64,000 bases of DNA from Octopus sinensis. Its lineage: Eukaryota. Positions 60,801-64,000 of this stretch are shown here, one piece after another. The position numbers and the translations under genes were made by a program. The stretch spans positions 32,674,001 to 32,738,000 of the forward strand of contig NC_042997.1 of NCBI RefSeq assembly GCF_006345805.1, in the 5' to 3' direction. The first letter of the stretch is position 1. Each line of letters opens with the position of its first letter. The notes below the pieces were generated by a model. That model was not told the DNA's origin. It did no database searches and saw nothing but the letters and a program-made list of their open reading frames with translations.

Positions 60801-62819
60801 AGGCACAGGTATTTCTGTGTGGTAATGAAGCTTGCTTTGCAACCACAAGATTCTGGGTTCAGTCCAACTGTGCAGCACCTGGGGTAAATGTCATCTACTT
60901 TTGCCCCAGGTCAACCAATGCCTTGCAAATGAATTTGGTAAGTGGAAACTGTGTGGAAGCCTGTCATGTGTGTGTGTGTTCATGTCTGGCTTTGTCCCTA
61001 CCATTGTTTGACAGCTAACTGGTGTTGGTTTTATTATATCCCTAACTTAATGGTTTGCCAAAAGAAACTGATAGAACAAGTACCAGATATTAAAAAAGTA
61101 AGTAATATGGTCAATCTGTTTCTCTGCAACCCTTCAAAGTGGTGATCTAGCATGGCCACATTCTAATGACTAAAATAAATAAAAGACAGAAGATACTAAT
61201 TATTGTTTTGGTTTATTGTGTTGTCATATATAAAGCTGAAGTTGTCTGTGTATGGCAGGTTTGGTAGCCTTCAACTAACACCATCTCCTCCGAGACCCTG
61301 CCGCGCAAGTTGATCAAAATTGAGAGTATGATAGAAGAAGGCTTGCTCTTCCTTCCGTAGAAGAAAAAATTTAAATTGGACCATGTTAATACCAAAAATT
61401 ATTTACATCAAAAAGCTGCTTTTTTTTTTTCTATGAAAATCCCTATTTTTTACGATTTTCTGACTGCTGTGTCGCCATTTTTTGGTGTATTTCAACCAGA
61501 AAAATGTTCACTCAAAGAGAATAACAAGCTACATAATGCAAAATTTTTAATTTTCAAAAATTCCAATTCTAAAGGGTTGAAACAAACCCGAGCAACGCCG
61601 AGCGATACTGCTAGTTTAAAGATAAAGAAAGAGAAATTTTGATCTTATCTTACCTGAACTATTCCAGTTCATAACTTTCTCAGCATTTTTCAATTTATGA
61701 TCAATATCGTCAATTTGTTTTTCAATAAGAGGGAATTCTACCTCTATGATGGATGTTCTGATGTTGTTATACCAAAGAACTATCATATCAAGGTTGGTGA
61801 CATATTGGAAGATGTCATCTCTTCTAGCATAAAGTTCATTGCTGCTGGTTGGAATATTTTCCATGCCACGGATTTCCATGTACTTAACCTCCTTTAACAC
61901 AGCAATAAGCTAGAAAAAAAAATTAAGTGAAAATTCTGAATTTTTTACTTTATATTTTTAAAGTTATGTAATTTCCAATTAGCTATATAACGTTGATTTC
62001 AAATTTTGGTACAAGGCCAGCAGTTTTAGTGGATGGGTTGGTCAATTATATCAACCCCCAGTACTTGTCTGGTACTTTATTTTACTGACTCCCAAAAGGA
62101 TGAAAGGCAAAGTGGATTTCAGAAGGATTTGAATTCAGGATGCAAAAATCTAGAAGAAATGATGCTAAGCATTTTGTCCAATGTAGCAGCAATTCTGTTT
62201 ACTTGCCACATTAATCAATTTTTATAATATTCATTGATTGATGATGATCATGATGATAATGATTATCATCATGTTTATTTTCATGCTGGCAGAGGTTGGA
62301 AGGGTTGAGATGGTCTGAGACAATTCTTATTCTAAGTTACTGCCCACTTAGATGGGTCAGGAGGCCACCACAAATCACTTGTATGTTCCATGTTTAGCGT
62401 AGTTTCTATGGCTGGATGCCTTTCCTAATATTAACCCCTTTACAGAGTTTGCATTTCATCATAACACCAGCACTATAAAGGTTATGATGTTTTTGATATA
62501 ACCAAAGGGTCCTCTCATCCTAAAAAGAGAGAAGAGCAGTTTACATACAAGGCTTGTTACACTTACAGAGGCATTTTCATTAAATACAAATTTCATATCT
62601 ATAAAGCTATTGCTTTCATTCTCTCTCTCTCTCTCTGTATGACTACCTGTCTGCCTGTCTCTACACATGTGTGTGTGTGTGTATTTACTAACCTGAGCAT
62701 CAAAGTTCACTGAGATTAAATTGGTCTGTTCATTTCTTGACAACAAAGGCTGGGACAGGTTAAAACAGCAGGCATCATCAACAGTTTTCGACCACTCTGT
62801 GTATTGTTCATTTTCAAAA
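533..62819 (-). CDS. DNAH9: Axonemal outer-arm dynein heavy chain beta (DNAH9/DNAH11/DNAH17 clade), partial gene, 25 exons in window
   Basis: Minus-strand exons splice in frame (GT-AG, total 5686 nt) into typical dynein heavy chain sequence with AAA1 Walker A GPAGTGKT and Walker B CFDEFNR, AAA2 GNAGTGKS and AAA3 GTAGSGKT. The symbol marks the clade; one-to-one orthology among DNAH9/11/17 cannot be resolved here. Confidence 0.95.
1444..1815 (-). mobile_element. 5'-truncated RTE-clade LINE 3' end (family H)
   Basis: ORF end LDGTYTRLL...RRVQFAGHC...DREVWRS followed by (TGA)n tail; inverted paralogue at 17200-17620. Confidence 0.8.
2129..2425 (-). mobile_element. tRNA-derived SINE group D, tail type with GACTGGCATCCCATCCA core
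   Basis: A/B-box head; 15-bp TSD CTGGTCCATACAATT at 2114-2128 and 2426-2440. Confidence 0.85.
3051..3348 (+). mobile_element. tRNA-derived SINE group D
   Basis: Head GAGGCGCAATGGCCCAGTGG...TTCGATTCCC shared with other D copies. Confidence 0.8.
4534..4720. repeat. Perfect 24-bp inverted repeat around a 139-bp spacer
   Basis: TATACATAAATATAAGAGAGTTAC at 4534-4557 and its reverse complement at 4697-4720. Confidence 0.85.
4936..5250 (-). mobile_element. tRNA-derived SINE group D, GAT-tail type
   Basis: Same head, distinct 3' half ending ...CACGTGATGATAATGAT, next to a (TA)n tract. Confidence 0.8.
5780..6181 (+). mobile_element. tRNA-derived SINE group A (about 400 bp, internal TA/TG microsatellite, (AAAGAGT)n tail)
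   Basis: Box A TGGCTGTGTGG, box B GGTTCAGTCCC; TSD ATAGACACAAGGC at 5771-5783 and 6182-6194. Confidence 0.9.
7347..7620. repeat. Degenerate tandem duplication, period about 154 bp
   Basis: ACTC(C/T)GTGAGTAAATTAAAAACATTC...ATCCTGAAATTTTGGATTCC occurs at 7348 and 7502. Confidence 0.65.
7777..7950 (-). CDS. DNAH9: Dynein HC exon ([12 protein letters not shown]...PEIPLQ)
   Basis: Acceptor tttcag, donor GTACTG, 174 nt. Confidence 0.93.
8072..8469 (+). mobile_element. SINE group A
   Basis: Near-identical to the 5780 copy. Confidence 0.9.
8874..9250 (-). mobile_element. tRNA-derived SINE group D, (CAAA)n-tail type
   Basis: 13-bp TSD TGATGCTGCTGAT at 8861-8873 and 9251-9263. Confidence 0.85.
9323..9716 (-). 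mobile_element. Non-autonomous Helitron (family F1)
   Basis: A|TC 5' end, CCCGAGCAACGCCGGG hairpin, CTAG|T 3' end; reverse complement of 26494-26890. Confidence 0.8.
9735..10017 (-). CDS. DNAH9: Dynein HC exon (YVQSWIDRR...GGAMFQDQ)
   Basis: Acceptor tttcag, donor GTGAGA, 283 nt. Confidence 0.93.
10458..10849 (+). mobile_element. SINE group A
   Basis: Near-identical, small internal deletion. Confidence 0.9.
11330..11625 (-). mobile_element. Family C RTE 3' end. Other minus copies near 12140-12290, 14982-15140, 27330-27540, 38470-38930, 60130-60712 and 62230-62470
   Basis: CATCATCGTTTAACGTCC...CTGGATGCCCTTCCTAACGCCAACCAC core. Confidence 0.85.
12611..12887 (-). CDS. DNAH9: Dynein HC exon, AAA2 ([17 protein letters not shown]...TVSRAG)
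   Basis: Acceptor atttag, donor GTAAGT, 277 nt. Confidence 0.95.
13720..14295 (-). pseudogene. Internally deleted mariner (Tc1/mariner) element with dead transposase remnant
   Basis: ~30-bp TIRs (CTGGGTTGTCTGGAAAGTTCGTGCCGATTT), TA flanks, [13 protein letters not shown] motif. Confidence 0.9.
14456..14666 (-). CDS. DNAH9: Dynein HC exon, AAA2 Walker A (GNAGTGKS...REWKDG)
   Basis: Acceptor ctgtag, donor GTAAGT, 211 nt. Confidence 0.95.
17200..17620 (+). mobile_element. 5'-truncated RTE-clade LINE 3' end (family H)
   Basis: LYGSETWTL...[10 protein letters not shown]-terminus, stop at 17609, TGA-type tail. Confidence 0.8.
18918..19112 (-). CDS. DNAH9: Dynein HC exon ([10 protein letters not shown]...DSFILK)
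   Basis: Acceptor tttcag, donor GTAAGA, 195 nt. Confidence 0.94.
19200..19412. repeat. (CAT)n/(CAC)n compound microsatellite
   Basis: Read directly. Confidence 0.95.
19487..19920 (+). mobile_element. SINE group A
   Basis: Near-identical to other A copies. Confidence 0.9.
20642..20899 (+). repeat. 258-bp duplicate of part of the gypsy RT relic
   Basis: Matches 22901-23104 joined to 23798-23855. Confidence 0.85.
21547..21798 (+). mobile_element. tRNA-derived SINE group B (GGCGAGCTGGCAGAAACG...GTAAAGAAATA)
   Basis: 18-bp TSD GGTAAAATGGCCTGAGGG at 21529-21546 and 21799-21816. Confidence 0.9.
22075..22167 (-). CDS. DNAH9: Dynein HC exon ([14 protein letters not shown]...AEDQ), absent from ORF track
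   Basis: Translated by hand; acceptor cttcag, donor GTAAGT, 93 nt, HYDWGLR motif. Confidence 0.94.
22660..24000 (+). pseudogene. Decayed Ty3/gypsy reverse transcriptase relic (interrupted by a family C RTE)
   Basis: Hand translation [19 protein letters not shown]...ICIDPQ, then [12 protein letters not shown]...ENILKGIEG, then [10 protein letters not shown], then [16 protein letters not shown], with stops and frameshifts. Confidence 0.7.
23104..23797 (-). mobile_element. Family C RTE 3' end inserted into a gypsy RT relic
   Basis: (CAT)n at low end, ORF2 end (KTRQAK*) at high end; flanking gypsy sequence rejoins seamlessly. Confidence 0.85.
24080..24300. mobile_element. piggyBac-type MITE, 221 bp
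   Basis: TTAA|CCCTTTAG...CTAAAGGG|TTAA. Confidence 0.85.
24386..24524 (-). CDS. DNAH9: Dynein HC exon (PCAMVVPD...ELLSKQ)
   Basis: Acceptor tttcag, donor GTATGT, 139 nt. Confidence 0.94.
25562..25795 (+). mobile_element. SINE group B. Further full or partial B and older B-like copies near 25810-25960, 26165-26307, 28250-28650, 30620-30800, 40690-40850, 6240-6600, 14300-14420, 47460-47830 and 61995-62200
   Basis: Shared GAGTTCAAATTCC...GACTTTGCCTTTCATCCTTTCGGGGTCGATA core. Confidence 0.8.
26494..26890 (+). mobile_element. Non-autonomous Helitron (family F1) within (TA)n
   Basis: A|TC...hairpin...CTAG|T, no TSD, TA repeats on both sides. Confidence 0.82.
26951..27213 (-). CDS. DNAH9: Dynein HC exon, AAA1 Walker B and sensor (WGCFDEFNR...[15 protein letters not shown])
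   Basis: Acceptor ttccag, donor GTATCT, 263 nt. Confidence 0.95.
28659..28998 (+). mobile_element. tRNA-derived SINE, D-like head with a different body
   Basis: 12-bp TSD CTTCCACAAAAT at 28647-28658 and 28999-29010. Confidence 0.8.
29078..29234 (-). CDS. DNAH9: Dynein HC exon, AAA1 Walker A ([10 protein letters not shown])
   Basis: Acceptor ttttag, donor GTAAGC, 157 nt. Confidence 0.95.
29700..30014 (+). mobile_element. CR1-clade LINE 3' end with (TTAAC)4 tail
   Basis: ORF C-terminus LRGHSEKL...[17 protein letters not shown]...FKVSLD, stop at 29926. Confidence 0.8.
30242..30537 (-). CDS. DNAH9: Dynein HC exon (IQQLNALIT...RLVITPLTD)
   Basis: Acceptor acacag, donor GTATAT, 296 nt, [10 protein letters not shown] motif. 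Confidence 0.94.
31410..31975 (+). mobile_element. Family C RTE 3' end. Other plus copies near 30820-30967, 34527-34860, 37850-38125, 39930-40545, 45640-46000, 47990-48508, 50800-50985, 55470-55935, 56030-56227 and 58940-59257
   Basis: Same core and GAT tail, variable number of ~60-bp units. Confidence 0.85.
33426..33814 (+). mobile_element. Non-autonomous Helitron (family F2), preceded by two extra Helitron-like 5' segments from 32729
   Basis: A|TCTATATATATAAAG...CTAG|T; paralogue at 61224-61614. Confidence 0.78.
34149..34382 (-). CDS. DNAH9: Dynein HC exon (VEVWLNSVL...DYNKKQ)
   Basis: Acceptor taacag, donor GTGAGG, 234 nt. Confidence 0.93.
35381..35599. mobile_element. piggyBac-type MITE, 219 bp
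   Basis: TTAA flanks, 12-bp TIR CCCTTTAGTGTT. Confidence 0.87.
35717..35869 (-). CDS. DNAH9: Dynein HC exon ([10 protein letters not shown]...CDCSGQ), absent from ORF track
   Basis: Translated by hand; acceptor atatag, donor GTAATG, 153 nt. Confidence 0.92.
36380..37065 (+). mobile_element. Family C RTE 3' end with 4x (67+62 bp) dimer array
   Basis: Unit starts at 36387, 36454, 36516, 36583, 36645, 36712, 36774, 36841; GAT tail. Confidence 0.88.
37075..37850 (+). mobile_element. RTE LINE 3' fragment (family C) with decayed ORF2 C-terminus, minisatellite-bearing 3' UTR and (GAT)n tail
   Basis: Hand translation RWMCSVSVH...LREKLGIR...RGRPRKT...[10 protein letters not shown] with stops, then ~60-bp units, GGTTGACGTTAGGAAGGACATCCAGC block and GAT tail. 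Confidence 0.85.
39677..39904 (+). mobile_element. SINE group B
   Basis: Consensus match; GGTATTGTT repeated at 39657-39665 and 39905-39913. Confidence 0.88.
40940..41340 (+). mobile_element. SINE group A
   Basis: Near-identical to other A copies. Confidence 0.9.
41433..41651 (-). CDS. DNAH9: Dynein HC exon (QIVSEVEVT...FPRFYF...NGNNPTA)
   Basis: Acceptor atttag, donor GTACGT, 219 nt, FPRFYF linker motif. Confidence 0.9.
41742..42361. mobile_element. piggyBac-type MITE (220 bp after removing the nested SINE)
   Basis: TTAA flanks, same TIR and interior. Confidence 0.87.
41943..42329 (+). mobile_element. tRNA-derived SINE group D nested in a piggyBac-type MITE
   Basis: 13-bp TSD ATATTTGACAGAG at 41930-41942 and 42330-42342. 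Confidence 0.9.
42550..42774 (-). CDS. DNAH9: Dynein HC exon ([10 protein letters not shown]...IDSDFK), linker
   Basis: Acceptor ttacag, donor GTATAA, 225 nt, WSHLESIF motif. Confidence 0.93.
42924..43910 (+). mobile_element. Solo LTR, 987 bp
   Basis: TGTA...TACA ends, 4-bp TSD GGCC, CCAAT 43092, TATAAAAA 43161, AATAAA 43738; removing it rejoins a B-like SINE end. Confidence 0.75.
44140..44340 (-). mobile_element. Older RTE relic related to family H
   Basis: Hand translation [27 protein letters not shown]. Confidence 0.55.
44540..44770 (+). mobile_element. SINE group B
   Basis: 16-bp TSD AGGTAACTATGGCATG at 44521-44536 and 44771-44786. Confidence 0.9.
45070..45315 (-). CDS. DNAH9: Dynein HC exon ([10 protein letters not shown]...ETLEENQ)
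   Basis: Acceptor taccag, donor GTAAGT, 246 nt. Confidence 0.92.
45973..46100. repeat. (GAA)n microsatellite grown from an RTE tail
   Basis: Follows GACGTTAAATGAC directly. Confidence 0.93.
46200..46245 (-). ncRNA. Minimal type I hammerhead ribozyme motif (putative)
   Basis: GACAC-CUGAUGA-AGGCUG/CAGCU-GAAA-CGU-U-AUGUU; palindromic ACGU stem III as described for Penelope-like elements. Confidence 0.55.
46389..46840 (-). mobile_element. SINE group A nested in a Penelope-like fold-back element
   Basis: TSD TATAT(C) at 46384-46389 and 46841-46846; expanded internal (TA)n. Confidence 0.9.
46954..47355 (-). CDS. DNAH9: Dynein HC exon ([10 protein letters not shown]...[11 protein letters not shown])
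   Basis: Acceptor taaaag, donor GTAAGG, 402 nt, conserved RHW motif. Confidence 0.9.
47528..47737 (+). repeat. 210-bp duplicate of 43901-44110
   Basis: About 7 differences counted by eye. Confidence 0.9.
48648..48878 (+). mobile_element. SINE group B
   Basis: Consensus match; no clear TSD. Confidence 0.85.
48950..49383 (+). mobile_element. Decayed RTE LINE C-terminus (separate lineage) with (GAT)n tail
   Basis: Hand translation includes [14 protein letters not shown]. Confidence 0.55.
49420..49860. repeat. Compound TCR/TTG trinucleotide array with a 63-bp higher-order unit
   Basis: Marker GCTG at 49488, 49551, 49614, 49677. Confidence 0.92.
50376..50579 (-). CDS. DNAH9: Dynein HC exon ([11 protein letters not shown]...YEHLDK)
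   Basis: Acceptor aaacag, donor GTGAGA, 204 nt. Confidence 0.92.
51263..51575 (+). mobile_element. tRNA-derived SINE group D
   Basis: 13-bp TSD ATATCTCAGGTGT at 51250-51262 and 51576-51588. Confidence 0.88.
51796..52206 (-). mobile_element. SINE group A
   Basis: Reverse complement of the A consensus. Confidence 0.9.
52290..52512 (-). CDS. DNAH9: Dynein HC exon (LADLSEFIK...VHIQLE)
   Basis: Acceptor cctcag, donor GTGAGT, 223 nt. Confidence 0.92.
52707..53087 (-). mobile_element. tRNA-derived SINE group D (same tail as 41943 copy)
   Basis: 13-bp TSD AGTTACTGCAACT at 52694-52706 and 53088-53100. Confidence 0.9.
53581..53917. mobile_element. Fold-back element, 135-bp inverted arms, 21-nt loop
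   Basis: Arms 53628-53762 and 53784-53918 with 6 mismatches; 12-bp direct repeat TATGCTGTTGTT at 53569-53580 and 53918-53929. Confidence 0.8.
53960..54410 (-). pseudogene. Decayed LTR-retrotransposon gag-like relic
   Basis: Frameshifted [11 protein letters not shown]...[12 protein letters not shown] and [20 protein letters not shown]; family recalled from memory, not searched. Confidence 0.5.
54755..54818. repeat. (TC)n microsatellite
   Basis: Read directly. Confidence 0.95.
55053..55222 (-). CDS. DNAH9: Dynein HC exon (IDTYEKIYD...IDHVTN)
   Basis: Acceptor aaacag, donor GTAAAT, 170 nt. Confidence 0.92.
56238..56492 (-). CDS. DNAH9: Dynein HC exon ([10 protein letters not shown]...DQFKEQ)
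   Basis: Acceptor ttgtag, donor GTAAAG, 255 nt. Confidence 0.92.
57134..57466 (-). CDS. DNAH9: Dynein HC exon ([10 protein letters not shown]...DQVNYQ)
   Basis: Acceptor tttcag, donor GTTGCG, 333 nt. Confidence 0.9.
57721..57952 (-). mobile_element. SINE group B
   Basis: 17-bp TSD ATCTCTCAACATATACC at 57704-57720 and 57955-57971. Confidence 0.9.
58429..58673 (-). CDS. DNAH9: Dynein HC exon (IWEYIEETK...IHKLLQ)
   Basis: Acceptor caatag, donor GTAAAA, 245 nt, phase fits previous exon. Confidence 0.92.
59258..59482. repeat. (ATATA/GATAT)n pentanucleotide array after an RTE tail
   Basis: Read directly. Confidence 0.9.
61224..61614 (+). mobile_element. Non-autonomous Helitron (family F2)
   Basis: Same interior as the 33426 copy; hairpin and CTAG|T end. 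Confidence 0.78.
61654..61909 (-). CDS. DNAH9: Dynein HC exon ([10 protein letters not shown]...MNWNSSG)
   Basis: Acceptor ttctag, donor GTAAGA, 256 nt. Confidence 0.92.
62693..62819 (-). CDS. DNAH9: Dynein HC exon ([11 protein letters not shown]...SVNFDAQ), tail
   Basis: Acceptor ttgtag, donor GTTAGT, 127 nt. Confidence 0.88.
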
Positions 62820-62964
62820 CTACAACATAACATAAATATACAAACAGAAAATGAACAAAAAAATAAATACTTGAATAATAAATAAATCAAAGTGTTAGGA
62901 TGCTTAAAGGGTGTCCCAGGCACATGTAAAGAAATTTGACTTACTTAAACCCTTCACTCCCTAT

Positions 62965-63450
62965 CTTCTTCTTCTTCTTGTCTTGAGACAGCATTCACCC
63001 GGGGTGGGTTGAGCTGGCTTCATTCATCCTCAATGCTGCGTCTCTTACAAATGCCGACCTGACCTGGCGATTTGAGGCTAACGACCATGTGATCTCCAAC
63101 CACTCCTTATTCCAGCAGCGAACGCCATAGATATGGGGGCCTAGGTTGGGTTCCAGATCAAGCCTTGACTGTCATCAGCCAGGTTTTTCGTTGTCCACCA
63201 CATCGCTTTCACCAACCCTGAAGGGGAGCTGGGACAATTGCTTCACAGATGAATTCTCCTGGTTGACGATGGAGGGCATGACCCAGCCAACGCAGACGTC
63301 TCATTAGGATGACTTGTCGGAGGGAGGTGATTTTGCACTGGTATTACACCAAATTGTTGGAGACAAAGTGATGCCATTGGACAGAAAGGATGCGGCGTAG
63401 ACTCCCTATCGAGCATAAGCCATTGATGACCTTTCTTCACTGTTCCTGAT
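62965..63450 (-). mobile_element. Decayed RTE LINE C-terminus (separate lineage) with (AAG)n tail
   Basis: Hand translation LRRILSVQWHHFVSN...RRLRWLGHAL...GGQRKTW...GPHIYGVRCWN with stops. Confidence 0.7.
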
Positions 63451-63910
63451 TCTGGGTAGTCTTTTCTGCTTTTCTCCAGTTGAATTCCTACATCCTTGCA
63501 GCTTCTTTTCAGATTTCACAGCATCATATGTTACCCTGGGGGAAGCCTTTCCTCTCCCAGGTCTTGTTGGCTTTGAATTATCATCAATGTATCTATAACT
63601 TTGCTTCTATCAAGGTAAAGTTTCAGCCCTATACAAACCCATTTTTACTTCTGGGAAGAGGTGTTCCACATTAGTTCGGTCCTCTATCCTTTGACCAGTC
63701 CAGCATGGGAGATCCTACCAGGGGCTTGCACTCCACTGGCATAGCTCTAAGGGACATTGAGGCACACAATCTATCACACAGCGACGAGAACCAAACCTTG
63801 TGGAAACAATCAATTGATGATCAAATTTAATTAAGATAACCAATTGCTTAATCATCCTAGTCAAAAGTATATAAGTAGTTAATTAGCTTTCTTGATTTAA
63901 GGGATTATAC

Positions 63911-64000
63911 TTTACTTGTTTCAGTCATTTGACAGCGGCCATAATGGAGCACTGCCTTTAGTCGAGCAACTCGACCCCGGGACTTATTCTTTTGTAAGCC
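63911..64000 (-). mobile_element. SINE group A 3' end, cut by window edge. Degenerate A copies also near 3468-3760, 16250-16505, 25428-25545, 33978-34100, 59545-59860 and 60801-61190
   Basis: Matches the A tail. Confidence 0.75.

Noticed and set aside
533-62819. Non-canonical or U12 introns, frameshifts or a missing exon in the dynein gene
   Set aside because: All 24 introns read GT-AG and all phases are consistent; no evidence of pseudogenisation.

Overview
AT-rich eukaryotic genomic DNA. The repeat landscape suggests an octopod cephalopod (inference; not checked against a database). The window lies entirely inside one minus-strand gene, an axonemal outer-arm dynein beta heavy chain (DNAH9/DNAH11/DNAH17 clade). 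I traced 25 coding exons (5686 nt, about 1895 codons) with GT-AG boundaries and consistent phases, running from the N-terminal tail through the linker, AAA1 ([15 protein letters not shown]) and AAA2 (GNAGTGKS) into AAA3 (GTAGSGKT). Both gene ends lie outside the window. The introns are full of mobile DNA: three tRNA-derived SINE groups, about 20 5'-truncated RTE-LINE 3' ends carrying an internal minisatellite, other RTE and CR1 fragments, non-autonomous Helitrons, piggyBac-type MITEs, an internally deleted mariner, a solo LTR, decayed gypsy RT and gag relics, and many micro- and minisatellites. Best leads: (1) two sequence-unrelated fold-back elements with the same architecture (about 135-139 bp arms, a one-sided extension, a 12-bp TSD ending TTGTT), one carrying Penelope-type hammerhead ribozyme motifs; (2) a SINE whose TSDs all start GGTA; (3) two short templated duplications copied between introns across dynein exons; (4) a composite Helitron with three 5' ends; (5) a LINE 3' UTR that appears to seed higher-order minisatellites. 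No prokaryote-type system (CRISPR, operon) is present.
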